From: an uncultured Methylophilus sp.
Lineage (GTDB): Bacteria > Pseudomonadota > Gammaproteobacteria > Burkholderiales > Methylophilaceae
Direction of reading: 5' to 3'
DNA: 42,618 bases
Assembly: GCA_936943315.1 (NCBI GenBank)
Contig: CAKZJM010000228.1
Span: 1 to 42,618, forward strand
In this document: positions 1-11,297 of the stretch, one piece after another
Numbering within the stretch: the first letter of the stretch is position 1
Layout of the letters: every line of letters begins with the position of its first letter
Made by a program: the position numbers and the translations under genes
The notes under the pieces: generated by a model
The model's database searches: none
The model's input: the letters and a program-made list of their open reading frames with translations, nothing else
What the model was told of the DNA's origin: nothing

Positions 1-1
1 C

Positions 2-130
2 CGCCCAGCCAGCATCACTACTGGTGGCGCGCTCTCTGATATTGCGCCCACGTTGCTGTCACTGATGGGCCTCCCGCAACCGGCAGAGATGACTGGCAAC
101 AGCCTGATTACCCTCCATGCAGCAGCCTAG
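2..130 (+). CDS. gpmI: 3' end of 2,3-bisphosphoglycerate-independent phosphoglycerate mutase (partial, runs off window start)
   Basis: Not in the ORF track. Frame 2 reads [42 protein letters not shown], matching the iPGM C-terminal LxDIAPT...P.EMTG motif; gpmI-envC is a conserved gene order. Confidence 0.9.
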   Translation, partial: RPASITTGGALSDIAPTLLSLMGLPQPAEMTGNSLITLHAAA

Positions 131-147
131 CCTGGCCAGGTCGGTGC

Positions 148-1524
148 ATGTCTGAATCTGCTGTTCACGCCCTCTCCCGCTTGTTTAGACGGTTAGGCGC
201 AGGCGTATGGCTGGCATTCTGCGCAAGCATGTTGCCGCCCGCAGTCCAGGCGGCAACGAATGACAATGCAGAAGCCGCCAAAGGCGACCTGCAACAGGTC
301 AAGGAAAAAATCCAGCAACTGGCCAATGCGCTCAAAGCCTCACGCGTCGCCAAGCAAGATGCACATGAAGCGCTCAAAGCCTCAGAAACCGCCATTAGCG
401 CCTCGCGTAAAAAACTGCGTGAGATTCAGGATGCGCAGCAGGAAAACCGCGGCAAACTGCAAGACCTGCAAAAGCAGATGAGCTTATTGCAGCGCCAGGT
501 CAATCAACAGCGCAACGCGTTAAACACACAGCTTAACCAGCAATACCGCCATGGCAACAACAGCCCATTACAAATGCTGTTACAACAGCAGGACCCCGCC
601 AACACCACGCGTAACCTCAAATATTTAGGTTACGTCACGGCGGCGCATCAACAACAAATACAATCGCTGCAAGACAACCAGGAAGCCATAGACCGCGTGC
701 GTGCGGCCACCACTGAGCAATTGCACGAAACCGAGCGCCTGGCCAGCCAATACAGTGAAACCACGCAAAAGCTGGAAAGCGAAAAATCCCGCCGCAGCGA
801 AGCACTGAATGAGCTGTCCAAGCAGATTGAAACGCAAGAACAGCAGATGGTGCGACTGAAAAAAGACGAAGAAGCGCTATCGCAATTGTTCCAGCGCTTG
901 CTGGCCGAGGCTAAAAAACGTGAACAGGAAGCTTTGGCCAAAGCCAAACGTGAAAAAGAAGCGGCAGCAAAACGTGCGGCTGAACTGGCACGCAAGAAAA
1001 AATCTGCCGGGCGCACCTTTGAGCGTTCACCGCAAACCAATGTAGAGGAAAGCGACAATAGCTCGTCCAGCAGTACGGTGATCGCCAAAAACGAGACCCT
1101 GCCGGAATACAACGCCATCAAAGAGAATTTTGCCCAATTGCGTGGGCGTTTACGCCTGCCCGTGCGGGGCGATGTGATTAACCGTTTTGGCACAGCCCGT
1201 GCCGACACCGGCGTCAGCTGGAAAGGCATTTTCATCCGTGCCAAAGAAGGCAGTGAAGTGAAATCCGTGGCAGGCGGCCAAGTGGTATTTGCTGACTGGA
1301 TGCGCGGATTCGGCAATCTGATTGTGATTGACCACGGCAATGGCTACATGAGCTTATATGGCAACAACGAAGCCTTGTATAAAGCGTCCGGGCAAAACGT
1401 CAAATCCGGCGACACCATTGCAGCAGTCGGCAACAGTGGCGGCAATGCAGAGAATGGCGTTTATTACGAACTCAGGCGCAACAGCATCCCGTTTGACCCG
1501 CTGCAATGGAGTACGGTGCGCTAA
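148..1524 (+). CDS. envC: Murein hydrolase activator EnvC (coiled coil plus degenerate M23/LytM domain)
   Basis: Signal peptide, long coiled coil, C-terminal WKGIFI..., GFGNLIVIDHGNGYMSLYG, YYELR (Zn ligands absent, as in EnvC); follows gpmI. Confidence 0.9.
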   Translation: MSESAVHALSRLFRRLGAGVWLAFCASMLPPAVQAATNDNAEAAKGDLQQVKEKIQQLANALKASRVAKQDAHEALKASETAISASRKKLREIQDAQQENRGKLQDLQKQMSLLQRQVNQQRNALNTQLNQQYRHGNNSPLQMLLQQQDPANTTRNLKYLGYVTAAHQQQIQSLQDNQEAIDRVRAATTEQLHETERLASQYSETTQKLESEKSRRSEALNELSKQIETQEQQMVRLKKDEEALSQLFQRLLAEAKKREQEALAKAKREKEAAAKRAAELARKKKSAGRTFERSPQTNVEESDNSSSSSTVIAKNETLPEYNAIKENFAQLRGRLRLPVRGDVINRFGTARADTGVSWKGIFIRAKEGSEVKSVAGGQVVFADWMRGFGNLIVIDHGNGYMSLYGNNEALYKASGQNVKSGDTIAAVGNSGGNAENGVYYELRRNSIPFDPLQWSTVR

Positions 1525-1568
1525 CCCCACGCGCATTTTTTAGCAGCGCTCACCCAACAAAACAGCCT

Positions 1569-1844
1569 TTAATATTGCCCGTCTTGCACGGCCGGATCTG
1601 GCGGAATGACAGGCACCGGCATATTACGCCTGGCTTCGGCATAAATCTTATCCAGCTCTTCTTGCGACATGGTGATGCCTGGCACACGTTCATTAGCCTT
1701 GGGCTCATAACCGCCCGTGGCCGCCTGGGTGGGTGAGGCTGGCGGCAAGGTTAACTCGGTAGTGCTATTCGCTGTATCGCGACTACAGGCAGAAAGATAA
1801 ACACTACAGAGGCAAAAAAAGAAGACTTCAGACCAACACTTCAT
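1569..1844 (-). CDS. Small hypothetical protein, possible lipoprotein
   Basis: Hydrophobic N-terminus ending in lipobox-like LSAC; Pro-rich body; fills the gap after yjbQ. Start is 1844 or 1850. Confidence 0.55.
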   Translation of the reverse strand: MKCWSEVFFFCLCSVYLSACSRDTANSTTELTLPPASPTQAATGGYEPKANERVPGITMSQEELDKIYAEARRNMPVPVIPPDPAVQDGQY

Positions 1845-1862
1845 ACACACAACTTTAAAAGA

Positions 1863-2282
1863 TTACTCACCCATCACATGCATCAGCACCCGCCTGCGTG
1901 CTGGCAGGTGACGGTGCTCAAACAGGAAAATGCCCTGCCATTGCCCCAGTGCCACGCGGCCTTGCAATACAGGAATAGACAGGCTGGTTTGCGTCAATGC
2001 GGTCCGCACATGCGCTGGCATATCGTCCGGCCCTTCAACGGTGTGAATGAATAAATCATCGCCATCGGGCACCAGGCGGTTGAAAAATGCTTCCATATCG
2101 ACCAGCACATCACGGTCGTAATTTTCGTTAATCAGCAGGCTGGCAGACGTATGCTGGATATACAAAGTGAGCAAGCCGCTCTGGATACCAGACTGTTGCA
2201 CCCATTGCAGCACTTGCGGCGTGATGTCGTACAGACGCCGCCCCTGGGCATTGATGGAAAGTGTTTCGTGGAGTTGACGCAT
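1863..2282 (-). CDS. yjbQ: YjbQ/UPF0047 family protein (secondary thiamine-phosphate synthase)
   Basis: HTSASLLINEN, EGPDDMPAHVR and LGQWQGIFLFEHR motifs. Confidence 0.9.
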   Translation of the reverse strand: MRQLHETLSINAQGRRLYDITPQVLQWVQQSGIQSGLLTLYIQHTSASLLINENYDRDVLVDMEAFFNRLVPDGDDLFIHTVEGPDDMPAHVRTALTQTSLSIPVLQGRVALGQWQGIFLFEHRHLPARRRVLMHVMGE

Positions 2283-2350
2283 GCCGAATTCCGGGGATCA
2301 AAAAGCTAAAGCCACATTATACCGGAGCCAACCTGCGATACGCAGCCGGA

Positions 2351-2869
2351 TTACCAGTAGCGCCAGCCACCGCCCCAATAGGGCCGGTAACCCCATGGGC
2401 CGCCATAAAAACCGGGGCCATAAAACCAGGGATCCATACTGCGTAACCGCGCGGCATCGCGTTCACGCTTAAGCTTGGTCTCAGATTCAACCCGGGCTTT
2501 TTCGCGTTTGTTAATTTCGTCAGCAATCGCGTTTTGCTCGGCCAGCGCATTGGCTTGCTGCATGTAATCAAGTACGCCTTTGGAAATGCCTTTTTGATGC
2601 CAGGTCAGCACTTCGGAAGGCGTCAGGGCATACCGCGATTGTGACTGTTTGATGGCCTCTATGATTTCAGCGTCCGTCTTACCTTGTTTGCTCATGGTCA
2701 CAATATCGGCCAGGCTCAAGGTCGATTGCGCAGGTGGCACCAGCGCCGCCAGTTGCTCCGGCGAAATGCGATCAATTTCCACAGGTTGTGGAGGCTGGGT
2801 GGCACAACCGGCCAGCACAGCTAACAGGCTAATCACAGGAATAAAACGCAAATAAATTGAGTGATGCAT
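2351..2869 (-). CDS. Hypothetical lipoprotein with Gly/Tyr/Trp/Pro-rich C-terminal tail
   Basis: Lipobox LAGC; helical middle; tail DPWFYGPGFYGGPWGYRPYWGGGWRYW. Confidence 0.75.
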   Translation of the reverse strand: MHHSIYLRFIPVISLLAVLAGCATQPPQPVEIDRISPEQLAALVPPAQSTLSLADIVTMSKQGKTDAEIIEAIKQSQSRYALTPSEVLTWHQKGISKGVLDYMQQANALAEQNAIADEINKREKARVESETKLKRERDAARLRSMDPWFYGPGFYGGPWGYRPYWGGGWRYW

Positions 2870-2891
2870 AGGGCTTCCATTCTACACCCGA

Positions 2892-2926
2892 TAAAGCAAA
2901 GGGTCATACGCATACGACCCTTTGCT
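2892..2926 (-). terminator. Probable intrinsic terminator downstream of clpB
   Basis: Inverted repeat AGCAAAGGGTC (2895-2905) / GACCCTTTGCT (2916-2926) with a short U-rich tail on the minus strand. Confidence 0.65.
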
Positions 2927-2991
2927 CTGGTTCAAGGTTCAGTGACTTTAGCGAATCAACGACCTGAGCGCCTCTGTCACATCAATACGCT

Positions 2992-5574
<2,583 letters not shown>

Positions 5575-5629
5575 GTCAAACCCTTTCATGATTCAAATCA
5601 TGCCGCATGCTTGCGGCTGGATAACCCTA

Positions 5630-5656
5630 TAATGCGGCGGGTTTTTGCGTTTTCAA
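5630..5656 (-). promoter_or_regulatory. Sigma32-type heat-shock promoter of clpB
   Basis: Minus strand TTGAAA-N13-CCGCATTA versus consensus TTGAAA-N13/14-CCCCATNT. Confidence 0.7.
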
Positions 5657-5715
5657 TAGATATAGATCAAATTTGTAGGAGTTTGTCGGCACCTGAAGGT
5701 ACGGTAAAGCAGGGC

Positions 5716-6900
5716 TTATTGCGTAAACGGAATCACCTGCAACCCTTTGTCTGCGGTGTTGACTGCGAGTATGGCCTTGCCCTGAAGGTTTAACCATTGC
5801 GGATAATCAAGCTTGCTGCTGCTATGCAACATGGTCACAGCGGCTCCCCAGGTACGGCCCCCATCCAGCGAGGCCATGGCGACGATGTCATAGCCTGTGC
5901 TGTCACGTTCTTGCCAGGCCACCCAAACTTTATCTTCCACACTGAGCAGGGCAGGATGGCCGGCATTTTTCTTCGCATCCCCAATGCGTCGCGGGGGTGA
6001 AGTCACCCAGGCATGGCCGTCCATGCGGGCAATGCGCAATCCCGGCTTTTCGCCAGCGCCGTCAAAATAAGCCAGGTGATAACCAAACCCCTCACCCACG
6101 GCCAGCGCCGCCCCATGATGCGGGCAGCCATCGAGTTTCCAGTGGCCATAGCTGGCGCGGACCAGGACAGGTTTGCTGGCAGGGCTGATTTCAGCCATGG
6201 CATGGTCGCGTTCGCCGCCATCAAACACATGGCGCCACAATACCGCCACCGTGCCATCTGGCTTGCTGGTCATGGCAATGCGGCAGCATTCGCAGCTACT
6301 GTCTGCCAGTTTTTGCTCAGTGCTGAAGCTTTTGCCGTGATCGTTAGACACGGCATAATAAATGGCCGCGCCCTCGTAAGGCTTACCGGCTGCTTTGGCG
6401 GCCAGCGCATCGCGTTTATCGATCCAGGCCACGGTAATATTGCCATTGGCAGCGGCTTCCAGGACATCAAAGCGGTGCGTGATTTCTTCGCGGTGCTGAT
6501 GCACGATATAGGGCGCTTCAAAACTTTTGCCGCCATCGACAGAGCGCGCAAACCAGATAAACCCGGCATAAGACTTCTTGAGCGATTCCGTCCAGGTGAC
6601 ATACACCTGGCCTTCCGCCCCCAGCGCAATGTGGGGGCGCGCTTCGGCATCGGCGGCAATCTGCATGGGGGTTGGATTGGCAGCGACCTCTTTGCCAAAG
6701 TGCTGGCCTGCATCGTCACTGGCAGACACCCACACCTGCCCATGTTTCACTTGCGCTAACCACACACGCCCGGCCTGGTCGGCGGCAACACTTACTGCCA
6801 GCGGTTGCGAAGCATGTTCGGCATGGCCATCATGTGCCTGGGCAGCAGATACCAGGCATAACACACTGGCCACCAGCCATTGAGACAGCAGCAATTTCAC
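5716..6900 (-). CDS. Periplasmic BNR/Asp-box (sialidase-like beta-propeller) protein with Cys/His motifs
   Basis: Signal peptide then HDGHAEH; Asp-boxes SDDAGQHF, SVDGGKSF, SNDHGKSF, SLDGGRTW; CECC and CPHHG motifs. GTG start at 6900 has AAGGAG 6 nt upstream. Confidence 0.8.
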   Translation of the reverse strand: MKLLLSQWLVASVLCLVSAAQAHDGHAEHASQPLAVSVAADQAGRVWLAQVKHGQVWVSASDDAGQHFGKEVAANPTPMQIAADAEARPHIALGAEGQVYVTWTESLKKSYAGFIWFARSVDGGKSFEAPYIVHQHREEITHRFDVLEAAANGNITVAWIDKRDALAAKAAGKPYEGAAIYYAVSNDHGKSFSTEQKLADSSCECCRIAMTSKPDGTVAVLWRHVFDGGERDHAMAEISPASKPVLVRASYGHWKLDGCPHHGAALAVGEGFGYHLAYFDGAGEKPGLRIARMDGHAWVTSPPRRIGDAKKNAGHPALLSVEDKVWVAWQERDSTGYDIVAMASLDGGRTWGAAVTMLHSSSKLDYPQWLNLQGKAILAVNTADKGLQVIPFTQ

Positions 6901-7039
6901 TCCTCGCTCCTTATCAAAAACACTCATTACTTTACGTGTGTTATCACAGCTTGATCTGGCTAAAGTTTGGTATCGTGAGCGCCGTTAACCCACATATCCG
7001 GGCCAACATCAAATACACCGCACCGAAGCAGATTTAACT

Positions 7040-9982
7040 ATGTCATTACCAACCGTTTTTGATCATCATAGCACAGCATGGTTGCAGCCATTGGCGGCTG
7101 CCATGCCTGAGATGCCTATGCTGGCGCTCAATCGCAGGGCTCAATACCTGTCGATCAATGCGGCTGCGCAGGCGCTGTTGGGAAATGATAGCGAAGCATT
7201 TCCCCAGGAAATCCGCACCGCCTTTTTGCAAGCAATCCGCGACAAGCAAACCGAGCTGCAACTGAGTTTCAGCCTGCGCAATTTGAAGCGCCACTTCAAA
7301 TGCCGCTTGCTTTATCCGCACGCTGGCCGCGGGGCGATTGGCCTGATGCTGGAAGAAGAAAAAACCACCCTGGCAGATCAATTGCAGCACATGCAATCCA
7401 TCGTGCACTCGTTGATTGAGATGAGTCCCGACCTGATTTGCATCAAGGACCATGAAAACCGCTGGATGATGGCCAACCAGCAGATGCTCAATACCTTTCA
7501 GATTGACGGGTTTGACTATGAGTTTTTAAACAACCTGCAAATTGCAGATACCCTGCATCCGGTGTTCCGTAACAGCTTCGAGCACCATGAAAAATCTGAC
7601 CAGCAAGTGTGGCAGACCCGCCAGGCTTACCGCAATGAAGAGCTGGTGCATTTACCCCAGGGCGGCTACAAAACCCTGGAGGTTAACAAGATTGCCTATC
7701 ACGACCAGAAAGACGAGCCTAGCCACCTGATTACGGTGGCACGTGATGTCAGTGAGCAAAAGTTTATTGAGGGCCAGCTACAAAACCGCAGCGCGGTGCT
7801 CGACACCCTGATTTCGTGTGACTGGATGCTGCACTCGGCAGAGCGCTGGCAAAGCGTGGCAGAAAACGTGCTGCAACAGTGCTGCCTGTCTTTCCGTTTC
7901 AGCCGCGCGGTATTGCTGCAACACGAAACCATTACCACCCGCAAAAAAACCGAGGTGCGTTCCAAGGTCGTGTTCCAGTGGGCCCTCAACGGCTTTCACC
8001 ACACTTATCAGCATTGGGAAAAAATTTCATTCCTGTCACCCGAGTTACAGCGCTGGTACGCCCTGCTTTCTAAAGGCCAACCAGTGATGTGTGATGCGCT
8101 GACGCTGCCCGAAGCGGAACGTGCGTTGCTCAAGTCTCACGACACCGTCAACCTGGTGATTGTGCCGCTTATGATAGACGATGAGTGGTGGGGCTCTATG
8201 GTGATTGAGCGTTGTTTTGACGCCGACAACACCAGCTCACAAGAGCTGGGTTCACTGATGGCGATTGGCCGCACACTGAGCGTGGCGATTGACCGTGAAC
8301 GCACCGGCAAGCACCTCAAGCTGGCCAAGATTGCTTTTGACAGCACCACAGAAGGCATCATGATCGTCAATCCGGCCGGGGAGCTGGTCGGCATCAACCA
8401 GGGCTATACCTTGATTACCGGGTTTGAAGAGTCAGAGGTGCTGGGTACAAAACCGCAAATTTTCAAGCAACGTCCGCGCGGCCTGTTTGGCGCCCTCAAG
8501 CGTGACGGCAAATGGTCAGGCGAGATTGAGAACGTCCGTAAAAATGGGGACAGCTACACCGAGTGGATGACCATTACCGCTGTGCGTAATCACGCCAACG
8601 TGATTACTAACTATGTCGGCGTGTTTGCAGACATCTCTGAGATGAAGCGCTCGCAAATCCAGCTCAACTCACTGGTGAACCACGACCCGTTGACCGGATT
8701 GCCAAACCGCAGGCTGATCAACCATCTGTTTACGCATGCACTCCAGCGTGCCCACCGCAATGATCATCAAGCGGCCGTGCTGTTTATTGACCTGGACCGC
8801 TTTAAAAACATTAACGATAGCCTGGGCCATTATTCTGGCGACCAGTTGCTGTTAGGCGTCAGCGAGCGGCTGCGCGCCTCATTACGCGAGTCTGACATTG
8901 TGGGCAGACTGGGTGGGGACGAGTTTATCGTGCTGCTGGAAAACCTGCATGGCAAGGCAGATGCTGCACAAAAAGCGCATGACATTCTCGATGCCATCCG
9001 GCGCGAATTCATGATTGACCATCATGAAATTTTTGTCGGCGCCAGCATCGGCATCTCCATGTATCCGCACGATGGGCAGGATGTGGAAAGCCTGATCAAA
9101 GCGGCCGACCTCGCAATGTATGAAGTAAAAAACAATGGCAAAAACCATGTGTCGTTTTACGATGCAGCCTTGAGCCGCGATGCGGTTGAACACTTCCAGC
9201 TTGAAACCGAGTTGCGCCAGGCGCTGACCAAAAACCAGCTCAAGATGTTCTACCAGGCCCAGATAGACCTGAAAACCGGCATGATTATTGGCGCTGAAGC
9301 GCTGATCCGCTGGCTACATCCGACCCAGGGCATGATTTCACCGGCCAAGTTTATTCCGCTGGCTGAAGAAACCGGCCTGATCTTGAGCATAGGCGAATGG
9401 GCGCTGACGCAAGCCGTGCGCCAGGCACATACCTGGCACAAACAACATCCTGAGTTCCAGAAAATTGCCATTAATGTCTCCGGCGTGCAGATCATGAAAA
9501 GCAAATTTGCCGATACCGTGTATGGCATCCTCATGGACAGTGAATGTGACCCGTCCATCATAGAGCTGGAGATCACAGAAAGCACACTGATGCAGCATAC
9601 CCAGCATGTGGTAGATACCTTCAACCAGCTGAAACTGCTGGGGGTGAGCATTGCCATTGACGACTTTGGCACCGGCTATTCTTCGTTGTCACACCTGAAA
9701 CGCTTACCGCTGGACCAGATCAAGATCGACCGCAGCTTTGTCAAAGACTTGCCTGACGACAAAGACGATGCGGCGATCACCAGCGCCATCTACGCCATGG
9801 CGACGCAATTGGGATTCAGCGTCGTTGCCGAAGGTGTCGAAACCGAAGAACAGGAAAAGTTTTTACAGAAACTGGGCTGCCAGACCGCGCAAGGCTTCCT
9901 GTATGCCTATCCCGTCAATGCAGATGATTTTCTGCAGTTATTAGTCTTAAATAATCAAAGAAAAATAAAACGCCATGCCTAA
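7040..9982 (+). CDS. PAS/GAF/PAS-GGDEF-EAL c-di-GMP enzyme
   Basis: HDPLTGLPNR, RESD I-site, GGDEF, AEALIRW, DDFGTGYSS; PAS and GAF-like N-terminal regions. Confidence 0.92.
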   Translation: MSLPTVFDHHSTAWLQPLAAAMPEMPMLALNRRAQYLSINAAAQALLGNDSEAFPQEIRTAFLQAIRDKQTELQLSFSLRNLKRHFKCRLLYPHAGRGAIGLMLEEEKTTLADQLQHMQSIVHSLIEMSPDLICIKDHENRWMMANQQMLNTFQIDGFDYEFLNNLQIADTLHPVFRNSFEHHEKSDQQVWQTRQAYRNEELVHLPQGGYKTLEVNKIAYHDQKDEPSHLITVARDVSEQKFIEGQLQNRSAVLDTLISCDWMLHSAERWQSVAENVLQQCCLSFRFSRAVLLQHETITTRKKTEVRSKVVFQWALNGFHHTYQHWEKISFLSPELQRWYALLSKGQPVMCDALTLPEAERALLKSHDTVNLVIVPLMIDDEWWGSMVIERCFDADNTSSQELGSLMAIGRTLSVAIDRERTGKHLKLAKIAFDSTTEGIMIVNPAGELVGINQGYTLITGFEESEVLGTKPQIFKQRPRGLFGALKRDGKWSGEIENVRKNGDSYTEWMTITAVRNHANVITNYVGVFADISEMKRSQIQLNSLVNHDPLTGLPNRRLINHLFTHALQRAHRNDHQAAVLFIDLDRFKNINDSLGHYSGDQLLLGVSERLRASLRESDIVGRLGGDEFIVLLENLHGKADAAQKAHDILDAIRREFMIDHHEIFVGASIGISMYPHDGQDVESLIKAADLAMYEVKNNGKNHVSFYDAALSRDAVEHFQLETELRQALTKNQLKMFYQAQIDLKTGMIIGAEALIRWLHPTQGMISPAKFIPLAEETGLILSIGEWALTQAVRQAHTWHKQHPEFQKIAINVSGVQIMKSKFADTVYGILMDSECDPSIIELEITESTLMQHTQHVVDTFNQLKLLGVSIAIDDFGTGYSSLSHLKRLPLDQIKIDRSFVKDLPDDKDDAAITSAIYAMATQLGFSVVAEGVETEEQEKFLQKLGCQTAQGFLYAYPVNADDFLQLLVLNNQRKIKRHA

Positions 9983-11258
9983 TCACGCCTCCGACACCTA
10001 TTACATAGACATAGACCAGCTTCAGGTCGGTCTCTACATCCACCTCGACCTGGGCTGGATGGATCATCCATTTTCGGTCAGCAACTTTAAGATCACGGAT
10101 GAAGCGCAAATTGAGACTTTGAAATCCTTAGGCTTGAAGCAACTGCGTTATGATCCGCGACGCAGTTCGAGCACGCCATTGAGGAGCGCCGCCTACCAGA
10201 ATGTGGTTGAGTTTCCGCTCAAAAAAGCGCTGGGCGCTAAACTGGAAGTCATAGACGATGTGCCGGAGTTGAGTCCCGCACAGAAAAAACAGCTGGCGCT
10301 GAGGCAAGCCATTGCCGACAGTGAACACAAGTTCATGAAGACCAGCTCTGAAGTGAAAACCATCCAGAAACTCTCGACCGAGCGCCCGGAACAGGCGTAT
10401 GGCCTGGCGGCAAAACTGGTTGAAGACCTGGTAAACAGCACGCTCACAGAAGGCGAGGTTGCGATTCACGCCATGAATGGTCACCGCGTGGGCGACCAGC
10501 ATTTTCAGCATGAGCTTAACACCCTGGTGGTGTCTTTGCTGCTGGCTAAAAACCTCGATATTACCGACGATGATGCGGTGGTGCTTGGCATGGCAGCCAT
10601 TTTGCATGACATCGGCAAACGTCAGATCAGCGATAAAATCCTGCTCAAAAAAGACCCGCTCAGCGTCCGCGAAACGGCGATTTACCAGACCCATGTCCTG
10701 CTTGGCCTGAATATGCTGCGGGATGTGGCAGTGCCTAGAAGGATACTAACTCTGATTTCGCAGCATCATGAGTTTGCCGATGGTAGCGGCTACCCTAAAG
10801 GCCTGAATTGTGATCAGATCGACCCGTTATCGCATATCCTGATCATTGCCAACATGTACGATAACCTGTGCAACCCATCCAACCCGGCATTCACCAAAAC
10901 CCCTTATGAAGCCTTAAGCATGATGTTTGCACAACAAAGGCACCAGTTTGACCAGTCTATTTTGCGCCGCTTTATCAAGTGCCTGGGCATTTACCCGCCC
11001 GGCAGCGTGGTGCGTCTGTCAGACCAGAAACTGGCCACCGTGCTCTCGACCAACCCGCAACAACCTTTGCGGCCGTTTATACAGATGTTGAGCGATGACC
11101 GCGAAGAAGAAGGCGAGATTATTGACCTGAGGGAAGCCCTGGATATCAATATCATCCAATGCCTGAAACCAGAGCAATTGCCCAATGCGCTGCAAAGAAT
11201 CTTGCGTTTAAAACAGCGTACCAGCTATTTCCTGGACAAGATTTACGCAGCCTCTTAA
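9975..11258 (+). CDS. HD-GYP phosphodiesterase with DUF3391-like N-terminus
   Basis: LQVGLYIHLDLGWMDHPF N-terminus; HDIGK; HHEFADGSGYPKG; GIYPPGS; overlaps the upstream gene by 8 nt. Confidence 0.88.
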   Translation: MPNHASDTYYIDIDQLQVGLYIHLDLGWMDHPFSVSNFKITDEAQIETLKSLGLKQLRYDPRRSSSTPLRSAAYQNVVEFPLKKALGAKLEVIDDVPELSPAQKKQLALRQAIADSEHKFMKTSSEVKTIQKLSTERPEQAYGLAAKLVEDLVNSTLTEGEVAIHAMNGHRVGDQHFQHELNTLVVSLLLAKNLDITDDDAVVLGMAAILHDIGKRQISDKILLKKDPLSVRETAIYQTHVLLGLNMLRDVAVPRRILTLISQHHEFADGSGYPKGLNCDQIDPLSHILIIANMYDNLCNPSNPAFTKTPYEALSMMFAQQRHQFDQSILRRFIKCLGIYPPGSVVRLSDQKLATVLSTNPQQPLRPFIQMLSDDREEEGEIIDLREALDINIIQCLKPEQLPNALQRILRLKQRTSYFLDKIYAAS

Positions 11259-11297
11259 TGAGGCTGCTGCCGTATGCCCTCCCTTAATCTTGGCGGG

